64,000 nucleotides of DNA from the human T2T-CHM13v2.0 reference genome, Homo sapiens: the NCBI RefSeq assembly GCF_009914755.1, contig NC_060933.1. One strand, 5' to 3'. The first letter of the stretch is position 1. Each line of letters starts with the position of its first letter. A program made the translations under genes and the position numbers. Under the pieces are notes generated by a model, which did no database searches, was not told the DNA's origin, and worked only from the letters and a program-made list of their open reading frames with translations. Below, piece by piece: positions 46,283 through 59,710 of this stretch.

Positions 46283-48889
46283 GCCTGCAGACTTACATGT
46301 ATAGTCCTTTAAACAATTAACTGTTTAGAAAATGGTTGTTTCTCTCAACCCTTGAGCCAGTTATTCCACGCTGGTAAGACCCTTTCACAGAAATGTAACA
46401 AGGTGCATTTTATAGAAAACATCTAATTAAATCACCAGTTTCATGCTTTTAAGTTGTATCTACAAGTGCAAAACTGCAACACCCAAATGTTTTTAGTATC
46501 TAAGTCAGATATCCAAAAGTTAGCTCCATAATCAGAAATGCGCACACCACTGTTCTGATAATAAAGGCACATTTTCCAATAACCAATTATAACAAGAAGT
46601 GCAGCATTACCTAAATTGGGTGTGTCATCTTCCCCTCCTGGGTCACAGGATGACACCTGGGGATGCGATGCCGTGCCTGCACTTGGCGATCCCAGGAGCA
46701 CAGAAATGCACCAGACAGATCATGAAGGGCTAATGCTTGGAAACCACACCATTTCCTGACAGAGTGAAGGAATCCCTGTGGATTTATCAAAAGGGAGGAG
46801 GGAATTTAAGCTAATTCTCTTCACCTGCTGTATTCTCAAATCTCCAAAACACCAGATAACTTAGGTTTTTTCATTTGTCATAGAACAAAGATTAGAGAAC
46901 TTGAAATTCGTTTTGCATTTCCACTCCTCAGGGATGTCAAAAAAGCCAGTTCTGTTCCAGCACAAAGTAGAAAGTGGTGAATTGGCAATACGCCAAGACA
47001 TAGACTGTTACAGTAATTCTTTTTGTTTCACAAAAGTTAATGGAAACAAAACAACTTTCAGATAATATTCATTTGTCAGTATGTATAATTTGCCATCCAA
47101 ATGCTTTTTAAAAAGTTATTATCTTATTATTACACATTAAATTTACATGGAGTTGTCTCCTAATCCTGGGATTTTAACACCAAATGTTTAATTCTGAATA
47201 CAAAGAAACATTCACATACTTAATTTTACAATATTCTGGAACAAGTTATATTCAAAAGTCAAATGAACAGAGAACATTCCACTTGCAACCAACACATAGC
47301 TGTTAACAAAATTAACCCCATTAATATTTAAAGACGGATTTATCCATTAATGCCTGTTTTAATTGTCACTTGATTTTGATGGTTAGAAACTTTGGTTATG
47401 GTAAAAATGATCACATGAGTGGGAATTCATTACCTCAAAGCTCAGGACCACAGCTCCCCATGTGCATGTTTTTCTGTCTGCAGTATTTCAAGGTGAGACA
47501 ACAAAATAGACACCTAAAATTGTATGAGATTTTATTCCTGGTGCTTTTTCAGCGAGAACCATTTTTCCAGACCTAGGGAAGGAGCCTGTGTGTTTTTGGC
47601 CTGAAGGATTCATCAATTCAGAGCATCTGTGACAGCCAGGAGGAGGAAAGAAGGGAGGCTGGGATCACCTCCCGCCCCTTCTAGCATCTCTACTGAGAGT
47701 GACAACTCCAGGCTGTCCACCCCCATCCTGAGCCTTCCACACTCTTCTCCATGCCACTAACACTCAGTATCTGACGCCTGCAGTGCGAAGCCTCCAGAGT
47801 CCCCAGACTGACCTGGGCACTCCACCCTTGCTGGTTCTACTTTACTTGGACACACGGGTACCTTAAGGCTTGTCACACTCCAACACCTTTGTGTGTGTGT
47901 GTCTTTATTTCTTTCTAGGTTATAAACTCAGGCAGAGGCCTCATACATTCACTTCTCTATCCCACCATCCCAGTACAGGGCCAGCCACATATTAACTAAT
48001 GCACAAATGAGGCCAAGAAACTGGCTAGAAATCCCAAGAAACTGTGCCAAGTATATGCAGCTGCACCTGGGAATACACGAAAGCATGACATCACGAGCAC
48101 AGCCTCCTCCACCACACCTTCCCTTTCTCCTCCTTCCCTGCTGGCCTCAGACAGCTATGCATGGCTGCATGAAGGAAGATCTAAATCTGGACTTGTTTTA
48201 TCCTCCCCTTCCCTTCTTCTCACCTTTATTCTGCCTCCACCTTCTTCTTTCTTTGTCTTCCCCCGCTGGCTTCTCTGTCATTTCCCACAGTGGGTTCCCC
48301 CAATCCCTGTGGTCCTCATGTCCTGTTCTTGTTCTCTTTGTGCTGGATCTCACATCCTACAGCATCCAGGACCATCCTCCATGGCTGATGCCACAGCCTG
48401 CCAATTCCCAAATTCTTCACGTTTGTTTGACTTCCTACTTAGCTGTAAAACCAAAGCCCAGGGAGGAGTCCCAAGGTGCACAACACAGAGCCAATCTGCG
48501 TGTGTACAGAGATGCAGATCCGTTTTTAATCAATGTAAGTATATGCGTATATGTATATACATATGCAATTCACATTCACAAGTCCTGGTATAAAGTTGCA
48601 ATTTTTCTGGCTGCTATAAAATGTGCCAGTTTTAAAACTGTGCATTTGTTGCTTGCAAACTTATAAATATGTATAAACCCCATTATAAATAAATTATGGC
48701 TGGCAGATGGCATTTAAGCTGCCAGCAATGGTTGCATGGAGTTATAAATGCTTATTAATTCTCCACTTTTAAATTCACAGCACGGACCCTGGGATCTGTG
48801 ACATGAAGTGGTGTGAAAGCATAATTATAAATTAGAGGGGGGAAAGCCATCAATAAGAGACAGGTAAGGGCTGGAAACTCTCACTAGTG

Positions 48890-49090
48890 AGTGGTTCTCA
48901 AAGTCAAGACTTCAGAGCAGCTGCACCAGCATCACCTCGAGATTTTTTGAAATGCAAATTCCCGGGCCCCACTCCAGACCTAGGGAGTCAGGAACTTGGC
49001 GGGGCCAGGGGGGTGGAAGGGCCTGCAATCTTTGTCTGAACCAGCTCACAGGGTGGTTCTGATGCCTGCCTTCCACTCCAAGTCTGCTTG
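48890..49090. mobile_element. MER5A-like MITE in SHC3 3' UTR
   Basis: agtggttctcaaagt...cagcatcacct...gaaatgcaaattcccgggccccactccagacct. Confidence 0.75.
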
Positions 49091-49099
49091 TCACGAACG

Positions 49100-49447
49100 C
49101 CTGTCTCAGCTCAGGGACATCCCCGGCTTAGGAAGTATGCTCAGGTGTGTGCAGGGCCAGTCAGAAATTGTTTCCAGAAACAGCCTTTCATAAGTGATAG
49201 ACTTGGTGAATAAATACCCCAGCTGTCTCCCCGCCTTGCTGGGTGAACTCTGGGGTGTCAGCTCTGTCTCTCGGGGTTCCCCAGTGGGATTCAGCTCCAG
49301 TTGTGCACATGACGGTAACTTACTTGATAATGCACGCCTTCCCCGTCAGCTTCCTTCTCTCCCTACTTCCGGGATCTTCACTCAAATAAACTACATAACC
49401 TCAAGTCCTCTCTCAGGGTCTCCTTCTGGAGGAACCCCAACTAAGAG
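49100..49447 (+). mobile_element. ERVL solo LTR (LTR16A-like) in SHC3 3' UTR
   Basis: ataaataccccagct ... caaataaactac ... ctcagggtctccttctggaggaaccccaactaaga. Confidence 0.65.
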
Positions 49448-52400
49448 GAAGTAGAAACACTGTCTCTCCCATCTGAATGACTCAGGCTTTTATGCATTTT
49501 GAGATGGAGCACAGATGTAGAACCCCTGGAGGGAAGCACTGCTTGCCATTTCCGTGGGGCAGGGGGCTAGCTTTACGTGCAGGCCCAGGACTGTGAGTCC
49601 TGTGCTCTTTTCTAAGTTGATCCCCAGGCCCTTGCATGGCTCCAGTTTCCTCTTCTGAAAAGCAGGGCCCCCTACTGGGCTGTCTTACCAAGCTCCCTTC
49701 CCTGTGATCCTATGTGGAGCTGACAGTTCTAGGTTGGCACTATGTCCAGGAGTGGGTTTGTCCTCTTCATCTTTCTTAGAGCCAGCTTTGAAAGTTCCAT
49801 GGGAGAACCTGAGTATTACTCTGAAACCCACTGCAAGGTCTGTCTGAGTCCTGCAATGACCTCTTTGCAATCTTTCCACAATCTTCCCACTCACTCCCAA
49901 TCCTACTGTCACCGTCCACAGAAAGGGATTTATGGACAGCACACAAAGTTGGGCCAGCGAGAGAGAACCAATGGGCACGCTGGGAATGCACAATTTTAGA
50001 AAATCATTGCGCTTATATGTTTCATATATTTGTCAATCCCCAGCACGCCCTCAAGCTGGGAACATGTATAGCCCTGCAGTGTAGAGCACGCCAAGGCTCA
50101 GAGAAATCCAGCAACCCGCCTGAGTCCACGCCGTTCTGGGTGTGCCAGGGTGGAGGCTGGATGGAGGTATCTACTCGTGGCCCGCATTGCCTCTGCCCTG
50201 GAAAGGCCTATAGTCCGAGGCTTCTGCCCAGCTCAGCCCAACAGAAAAGAAATGTGTGACTGCCTTCAGGTAGCAGCCAGTTTGGAGGAAATGAGGACCC
50301 AGACGTCCATCTTCAAGCATTGCTTATAGAAAGAAGCTACCCAAGTGTCGGACGCTACTGAAAAGGAAAGCTTTATTTTGGGAGCTGGGGGCCACCTTCA
50401 GAATCCCAGCACCAGACATGGAGGTTGGGCTGGACACACATGTCCACTGTTCCCCTGGCACATGGGCCCTTTAGGGTCCACCCTTCCCTAGGCCTGTCCT
50501 TCCTTTTAAGTTAGGACTTTACCTACACACACGGCTTGTCATTTCCCGTCTTTATTAGAAATTACCCACAACTTCCTCCACCTCCAGGAGGCCCTAAAGA
50601 AGGCCATATATGGCCCAATCAGGCCTTTGTCCATTATCCCAACATCATAGATGGCCTGACAAAATAGCTGCTCGCTCATCAAGGCTGAGCGGACGCCCAG
50701 TCTTTGGGTGCTTCAAATATAAAAAACAGCAACAGTGGTGTCTTAAGCACAGGATTAAAGATTGAGTCATTTGACTGCGGTGTTTTTCACCTCCCCACCC
50801 GATTCTCCAGTTAGCTACTCAGAGGCAGCCTTGGAGGTCAAGAATCAAAGCTGACTTAAACCACAATGAGCACCCCCATGAGAGGCCCAGCCGGCCTCCG
50901 TGGGACAGAGATGTCATTTGAAGCACAGCTGATTCATTCGTGGGGTTAGGGGAGGTGGGTGGGGGTCTCTAGGGCCACTCGGTAAGGGCAGAGGGGCCGT
51001 TTTAGGACTGCTGGCCCCCACCTTGTACTCCCAGAAGACATAGAGTTTGGGGTTAAGTGTTGGGGGTGCCCATTGGAGGGACAGCAGGGCCCAGGTGCAC
51101 TCTGCAGGACCAGGGTGGCCCAGCACAGCAGCAGCGACTGTGCCCTGGAAGCCTGAGGCCCTGGAACGCAAGGCCTAATGCCATTCCCGCTGCGTTCATT
51201 GTTCAGCTTCCCTGCCCTGCCCAGGCAGAGATGTGGCCTGAGAAAGTGTGGGGAAGAGGGGCCCAGGCTAGACAGGGAGGAGCCTCCATTGCTTTTGCCT
51301 TGGAATCCTGAGCTCAAAGCACAGGCTGGCACACAGCAGGGCTCACGAAATGCTGAGTGAGCAGAAGAGCTCTGCAGCCAGATGACAACATGGCCTCCAG
51401 GAAGGTGTGGCACCAGCCCCAGCCTCACTTTCCCCATGTGTCTGTGAGGCTCACAGGAATGGCCCACCACACAGTGCTGGAGGGAAGAGTTGGGATAACT
51501 AATGTGTGCCCTAACCCACTTTACAAATGGGAGGGAACAAAGATTAGAAAATCGCTGCCATCTGCTATGTCTGAAGCCTGCTCACTTCACTGGCACTATT
51601 CTAGTGTAACCAATATATAATCTGAGCTTAAAAATGTATATTTTGAATTAATATTAAAAAGAAAAAATTCGACTCCAATACTTTAAATTTTCTAAATTGA
51701 TTCTCATGCAAAAAATATATATATTTTCTATCACCATCGAACTAGACACTGACTTCACAGCAAGAGCTACTAAAGCTGCAGGTTACCATTCAAGTCCCCC
51801 CAAGAGAAAAATAAAGTAAATCAAATGTTACAGCATTCACAGCTCCTAACTTGCATTTCCTACTTTGCTATTGTCCCTGAATGTTATAATAGCATTTTGA
51901 CCTTTCACAAGTGGGGAATGCATGAATGTAGAAAGAAGGTCATTTCGCACATTTTTCTATGTGGTGCACATTCATGCACAGGTGGGTCAGAGCTGTGTGT
52001 GTCTCTCCAGGGCTCCCAGCCTCCCAGAGGACAGATGTGCAGGGCAGCTCTCAGAGCACCCAAGTCTATGCTGTCTTGGGGCAGGAGCCTGATGCAGCTG
52101 CTGCCAGCAACCCCGTGGAGCCGTCTGCTTCTGGATCACTAAGCAGAGTATCCACATGATGCCTGAAGCCAAAACCATTTCAGAAAACAGCAGTGCAGTC
52201 TACAGTAGTGTCAGACTCTCCAGAGTTTCAATCCACTGCAGAACATTCTAGAACACTGACTTCACTGTCATCTCAAATTCACTGGACCCTCAAAGGCAAA
52301 GACTCCCTAGAAGGCCATGTATGAAGGCTGGGGCCTGCCCTGACTCATCCTCACTGGTTAGCTCTAACCTGTCCTTCCATCTGGCCACACGCACACCCCA

Positions 52401-53935
52401 AGGCAGAAATGGGGCTCATACCATTGGCATTAGAACTTAGCAGTATTATTATCTGCCAGATTTTTCAGTCTCCTCATAACTCTCCTTACAGGATCAGATT
52501 TATCACTATCCAACTCTAAGCGTGTTTAGTGTGTCTTTCTGTTCTGCTGACCCATACCCTACAGGGTGCTGTACCCTGTGGGGTCTCACCAGAACAAGAG
52601 CCACGCTGCCAGCAAGCAAATGGATCCATCTATTCTTTAAAGGGCATCTGTGAAAATCACAGGGCAATCTCAGCCCAGATAGTATTTGAAAGGTATAAAC
52701 ATTGCCAGCTTTCTAACACCAAATGACTCCTCAGGAAATGACAGTATTTTACCTGGAAGAAAGGGAGTCAAGACAAAGAGTGGGGGCAGGCACATGCTCT
52801 TCCCTGCAGCAACGGAGAAACCTTGTTGTTGGGACAGCAGGCCTTTCCCCCATCCCTCATGCCAGAGGCAGTACCTCAAATGGATTCCAGTGACTCCTGG
52901 GTTTCTGGCACATGCAGCCCCAGAAGCCTCAATACCTGAGTCTTCGGGACTGAGCTCTGGGATGGGTGCCTGCTCTTGCTGTCACACAGGCTTCTCCCCT
53001 ATTGTATAAGGCGGGGGGGGGACTTTACTAGCAATTACCATAAGCAGCCTGTAGTCAACCGCTGACTAGAGGGAGACACAAACCAGGAATTTGCCCCGAC
53101 CACCCTTCTACAAATACCCATTTTAGCATTAGATACATGAGAACAGGGAAGCACTTGTCAATCAAAATCTTGGTTGGTGAAGCTTATTTTGTGCCATTTT
53201 GGCATGAAATGAATTCCCAAGTACTCCTCGCACAACTGGGGTCAAGGGTGGCGGGGCCCTGTGCTCAGCAGGACCCGGAGAAGCTGGAGTGCCACCTGTT
53301 CTTTAGTGAAGCTGCAGCGAGTTGTGTAGACACCCCAGGCACGTGGAGTGCAGTGCAGGGAGCACAGGAGGTGTCCCAGGGAGGCCAAGGGAGGATGCCC
53401 GCTCCCACCAGCAAGCACAGCCATGCCTCAGAACCAGTATCTCATAGCTTTCAGTGCAGGGCTAGGCATGCTCTGAGCAGCATGCCTTGCGATTCCCTCA
53501 CAATTCTGTGTTTCTATTCCCCTCCAGTTGTGCTTATTAGGTAAAACTGCAGGCTACACCTTCCTAGTGGCATTTCCCGGTGGGATGGGTCAGTTGAATT
53601 AAATTTTTGCCTGGACAACTACAGTTAAACTTTTTTTTTTTTTTCATTAAAAACATACAGCACAGAACATTAGTCTTACATCTTTCTTAGTCTTAAAAAA
53701 TATAAATATAGAGGGATAATTTGTACAGGATGTATAGGTATGTACACCTTTAATATGCATATGAGAAATTCAGAACCAAGTTTATGAAACTTGACCTTAA
53801 AGGAAGCCTTCCTTTTGAAGCTTTTGAAGAAGGCTCTGAGCCACAGGCAGCTGTCCCAGTTCCAGCAGCCCCGATTCTAGTCCACTCCAGGTCCTCCTGA
53901 CCTGGTGCGCAGTGCTGGGAGCAGTGCTGGCCAGG

Positions 53936-54064
53936 TCACTGCTTCCTCTCCACTGGCTGCTGGAGACACAGCTCACTCCCTGCAGAGACAATGGGCAGGC
54001 TGCTTTCTAGGTGGTGGTTGATGAGGTGGCTGATACTGTCAAAGACTCTGTCCTTTGTCCGGAT
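53936..54064 (-). CDS. SHC3: SHC3 (N-Shc/ShcC) terminal coding exon, C-terminus of the SH2 domain
   Basis: Minus-strand acceptor cttaacctttcctttgcttcattcatAG| is followed by [42 protein letters not shown], the Shc-family SH2 C-terminus. At 42 codons it is below the ORF-track cut-off. Confidence 0.95.
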   Translation of the reverse strand: MRTKDRVFDSISHLINHHLESSLPIVSAGSELCLQQPVERKQ

Positions 54065-55844
54065 CTATGAATGAAGCAAAGGAAAGGTTAAGCACATCTC
54101 ACAGGCAGCAAAAAGAGAACATGGTTTGCTCAGAATCAGCCAGACCATCTGAACTGGCCCAGAAGGAAAGGAGGGGGGGACAAGGGGCTTCCACCACTTT
54201 AGAGATGCTGTCTGCAAAGAGCAATGGCCAATCCATTTCATTGGTTGGGCTCACCTCCAAACTACCTGAAGACCTTTCAGTAACCATAAGCCCAGGCCCC
54301 TAGGACTCAGTTCTGGAATGTCCCAGCCCACTGTCCTATAGGCATGGCCTCCTCCACCTTCACCAACCAAGGTCACCTCACCTGTCTCTCCTGCTCCCTC
54401 CCTGGCCCTCTCAGGATAGCCCTGAACTGGGCTCTGCAGGCTCCCATGACCCTCCCACCTCTAGGCCTTTGCATGGACATCTCCCGGCCCAGAATTAGTG
54501 TCTTCCACCTGAGCCTGGCCCTACCTCAATGCCAGCACCTCCAGGCAGCCTTCCTTCCTCTCCAGACATCCTGGGCACCCACCAGGGGCAAGCCTCACAG
54601 TTCCCCAGAGGAGCTCCTGTTGCCCCTGCAGTCCCCCACTGGAGAGTGAGCCAGGCTGGGTCAGAGGTACAGGCTCCGTGTTCCTGGGCTTTCAATTCTA
54701 CAGCCTGCCCATAAACTTTTAATGCCATGTCAGGGGAGAGGAGGTTGAACACTCTGCCCTGCTTGCTGGCCTGCACTGTGGTCCCTGGGGTCCATCAGCC
54801 GCCTCCACTCTGAGCCGGCACATTCACAGATATCACTCACACTTGAAAAAGGTGGAGTGGGGCCTGTCAGGAGCAATTTTTCGAGGAGGTCTGGACACAA
54901 TCTCCTGGGAGTTGCATGTTTGATAAGTGGGAGATGGGGGCAGAAAGCAGCCACCTGGCTAGGTCCATTCACCCTCACAGGCCACCCTCGCGGCTATGCT
55001 CGAGGGTCAGCTGAATTCCCTGGCTTTGCTCTCCAGCCTTAGCAGTGGTCTCCTCTCCATCAGTGTGTGCAGATGAGTTTCCAGGAGCCCATCCTTTCAT
55101 GGGACACCCAGCTCTCCTCGCCCTCCTGCAGGGACTCCTGAGGCAATGTTCATTCTCCTGTTTTCCCCAATATTCTCTTTTCCCCAAATTCTCATTGTGA
55201 CTCCTGCTTCCACTAATGTGGCCACTCTTGCCCCTCCCTCTCCATCAACCTACCAAAGAAACATCAGCCTCTGGACTTTCAACCCCCATCCTGCTCCCAT
55301 CCCAAATCTATACTTCAGGTGTGCATATTGGAAATCCCCACCCAAGGTGCTCTGAGAAGTTCATACCATCTGCTCATGGCTCTACCAATTAGCACCTGAA
55401 GGAACAGAAAAACTTTGAAATTAGAATGTTTTCCCCCTGCAGGAACCCTCTCCCCCCATCTCTGTAAGCACCAGAGGGAGAAGAGCTCTCAGGACCAGAG
55501 GGTCTCCTGATTGTTGGGCACTAAGCCTCACTAAGGATGTAACCTGTTGGGCAAGTTCAAAAGGAAGCTTTTTGCAAGACTTCCCAGCATCTTTCTACTG
55601 AGGTTGTTTAATTCTCTTGGGGCTCCTCAGCATTCCTGCCCCAGAAAGACCCCCTGAGTAACTCAAGAAGCATACTTATTTGGAAGCCAGGGGCACCCAG
55701 GAACTCAACTTGAGACCAGTATTGGGGTGTTGCCTTAACATTGACTCCTTATTCTCATTCCTTAACGACTGACACTCACGTAAGTTCTGGGTGAACTGGA
55801 ATGGGTGAAGAGTGATTTAGGGCAGGGAAGTGTCTGAGACAATA

Positions 55845-56005
55845 GTCTCAATGTGGTCTCACCTCCAATACTCCTGAGGACCTTTTAGTAGCCACAGCCC
55901 AGGCCCCAGGCCAATTCCATAAGGAGCTCAGGGTGGGGCCTGGACACCAAGTGTCTTAGGCTCCTCCAGTGATTCCAACATGCTGCCAAAGCTGAGAACC
56001 ACCAG
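55845..56005. mobile_element. MER5-like MITE
   Basis: gggtggggcctgg ... ggctcctccagtgattccaacatgctgccaaagctgagaaccac. Confidence 0.55.
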
Positions 56006-56751
56006 TTAGCATATTTCAGTATACAGGCTGGCCAACATAAACACACATATATGTATTTACTGACTAAGGAAATAGAGAGGCTAGTTCACTTCATTACCGT
56101 AAATACTCAAGTCTGGCTTCTGCCCAGAGAACTTATAGCCAACAGAACTCTCTGTGTGGACCCACCCGTTATGCACTAGAAATTCTGATGGCTGATTAAA
56201 ACCACTGGGCAGCCAGGACAAACTTAGACTCCAGACACACCTGCAAGGATTCTGCCACAGTGAAGACACATGGAATGTTAACCCCAGACAACTGGTTGAG
56301 GCTGTGCATCGTAAAGAGGAAATAAAAATCAAGATGAAAGCCTTCATTCTAGTCAGGCTACAGAAGAGACTAAAATGTGCATATACTAGAAATTAAGAAA
56401 AGTCTAAAATTAATCATCTAAGCTTCCACCTTAGGAAACTAGAAAAAGAAGAACAAATTAATCTAAAGTAAGCAGGAGGAAAGAAATAATAGATAAAAAT
56501 TAGGGCAGAAATCAATAAATTGAAAACAGCAAATCAGTAGAAAAAATAAATGAAACCAAAAGCTTGTTCTTTGAAAATATCAATAAAATTGATAAACCTC
56601 TAGCCAGGCTAAGAAAAAAAGATGATAAGGCCCAAAAAACCTCTAGCCAGGCTAAGAAAAAAAGATTATAAGACCCAAATTATCAATATAAGAAAGAAAA
56701 GAGGGGACCCCACAACAGATCCCAAGAACATTAAGAAGACAATAAAGAAAT

Positions 56752-56879
56752 ACAGGAATAACGGAATTCAACTTTGTGACCAGTTTATCAGGATCTTATT
56801 TGCATTTGGTTTACAATATTCCCAACATATGATAGGTTTATTGGGATGTAAGCTCATCCTAGGTTGAGGAACATCTGTA
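56752..56879 (-). mobile_element. Tigger3/MER8-type DNA transposon fragment
   Basis: Reverse complement cagatgttcctcaacctaggatgagcttacatcccaataaacctatc resembles the Tigger3 terminus; TA flanks. Confidence 0.65.
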
Positions 56880-57489
56880 TTATGGATGGCTCTATGCTCA
56901 TAAATTTGATAATCTAAATTAAAAAATTCCTTGAAAGACACAACTTGCCAAAACTCACACAAGAAGAAATAAACAATCAGAATAGGCATATATGTATTAA
57001 AGAAATTGAACCAATAATTAATAACCTTCTGAAACAGAAAACACAAGGCCTAGATGGGTTCACTAGTGAATTCCATCAAGCATTTAAGGAATAATTTATT
57101 TCAATTCCCTACAATCTTTCTCAGAAGATAGAATCAGAGAACATAATTCCTCATTCTATGAAGCCAGCATTACCTGAATACCAAATCCAAACAAAGTCAT
57201 TAAAAGAAAACTATAGTGCAATATCTCTTATGAACATAGATGCAAAAATGCTCAACAAATATTGGCAAATTGAACCCAACAATGTATAAAAAGAATTATA
57301 CACCACAACCAAGTGGAATTTATTTCAGGTATGCGAAGTTGGTCCAATATTCAGAAATCAATTGCTTTTATCCATCATGTTAAAGAAGAAAAATCACATG
57401 ATCATATCAATGGATGCAGACAAAGCATTTGACAAAATCCAACAAATCTTACCAAGAGATTTTTTCTTTAAAAAAAAGGTCTTTTTTTC

Positions 57490-59145
57490 CCACAAACAAT
57501 GGAAACACATTCCATGCTCATGGATAGGAAGAATCGATATCGTGAAAATGGCCATCCTGTCCAAAGTAATTTATAGATTCAATGCTATCCCCATCAAGCT
57601 ACCATTGACTTTCTTCATAGAATTAGAAAAAACTACTTTAAATTTCATATGGAACCAAAAAAGAGCCCACATAGCCAAGACAATTGTAAGCAGAAAGAAC
57701 AAAGCTGGAGGCATCATACTACCTGACTTCAAATTATACTACAAGGCTACAGTAACCAAAACAGCATGGTACTAGTACTGAAACAGATATATAAACCAAT
57801 GGAACAGAACAGAGGCCTCAGAAATAACACCACACATCTACAACCATCTGATCTTTGACAAACCTGACAGAAACATGCAATGGGGAAAGGATTCACTATT
57901 TAATAAATGGTGTTGGGAAAACTGGTTAGCCCTATGCAGAAAACAGAAACTGGACCCCTTTCTTACATCTTATATAAAAATTAACTCAAGATGAATTAAA
58001 GACTTAAATGTAAGACCTAAAACCATAAAAACCCTAGAAGAAAACCTAGGCAATACATTCAGGACAAAGGCATGGGCAAAGACTTCATGACTAAAATACA
58101 AAAAGCAATGGCAACAAAAGCCAAAATTGACAAATGGGATCTAATTAAACAAAAGAGCTTCTGCACAGCAAAAGAAACTATCATCAGAGTGAACAGGCAA
58201 CCTACAGAATGGGAGAAAATTTTTGCAATCTACCCATCTGACAAAGGGCTAATATCCAGAATCTACAAAGAACTTAAACAAAGTTACATGAAAAAAACAA
58301 CCCCATCAAAAAGTGGCCAAAGGATATGAACAGACACTTTTCAAAAGAAGACATTTATTTAGCCAACAAACGTATGAAAAGAAGCTCATCATCAGTGGTG
58401 ATTACAGAAATGCAAATCAAAACCACGAGATACTATCTCACGCCAGTTAGAGTGGTGATCATTAAAAAGTCAGGAAACAACAGATGCTGGAGAGGATGTG
58501 GAAAAATAGGAACACTTTTACACTGTTGGTGGGAGTGTAAATTAGTTCAAACATTGTGGAAGACAGTGTGGTGATTCCTCAAAGATCTAGAACCAGAAAT
58601 ACCATTTGACCCAGCAATTCCATTACTGGGTATATACCCAAAGGATTTTAAATCATTCTACTAAAAAGACCCATGCACACGTGCGTTTATTGCAGCACTG
58701 TTCACATTAGCAAAGACTTGGAACCAACCCAAATGCTCATCAATGATAGACTGGGTAAAGAAAATGTGGCATATACACCATGGAATACTATGCAGCCATA
58801 AAAAAAGGATGAGTTCATGTCCTTTGCAGGGACATGGATGAAGCTGGAAACCATCATTCTCAGCAAACTAACACAGGAACAGAAAACAAAACACCACATG
58901 CCCTCACTCATAAGTGGGAATTGAACAATGAGAACACATGGACACAGGGAGGGGAACATCACACACCAGGGCCTGTCAGGGGGTGGGGGGCTAGGGATAG
59001 CATTAGGAGAAATACCTAATGTAGATGATGGGTTGATGAGCACAGCAAACCACCATGGCACGTGTATGCCTATGCAACAAACCTGCATGTTCTGCACAGA
59101 TATCCCAGAACTTAAACTGTAATTTAAAAATGTTATTTAAAAAAA
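57490..59145 (+). mobile_element. L1PA (primate), 5'-truncated ~1.65 kb
   Basis: Frameshifted ORF2 C-terminal peptides ([30 protein letters not shown]) and L1PA 3' UTR (ggaggggaacatcacacacc...cagaacttaaa). Confidence 0.95.
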
Positions 59146-59199
59146 ACTCTTGATAAAGTAGTTTTTTTTTCTTTCTTTCTTTCTTTTTTTTTTTTTTTA

Positions 59200-59623
<424 letters not shown>

Positions 59624-59710
59624 TCAAGAACAAGACAAGGATATTCCCTCTCACCACTCCATTTCAATATCGTACTGGAAGTCCTAATATTCCAAAGAAA
59701 ACCTATAGAA

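Larger units (their letters stand above)
46260..53935 (-). other. SHC3: SHC3 long 3' UTR (~7.7 kb)
   Basis: Continues from the stop codon. A minus-strand AATAAA (tttatt on +) sits at 46277-46282. Extent agrees with the recalled long SHC3 3' UTR; proximal ends are possible. Confidence 0.65.

Noticed and set aside
48007-48666. 219-aa + strand ORF antisense to the SHC3 3' UTR
   Set aside because: Low-complexity L/P/S/F composition from a pyrimidine-rich tract; no homology or gene structure evident.
53630-53644. T15 run suggesting a proximal SHC3 3' end
   Set aside because: Genomic A-run on the - strand that would cause oligo-dT internal priming; not evidence of cleavage.
57362-58574. ORFs similar to L1 ORF2
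   Set aside because: Frameshifted fragments of a 5'-truncated L1PA; not a host gene or an active element.
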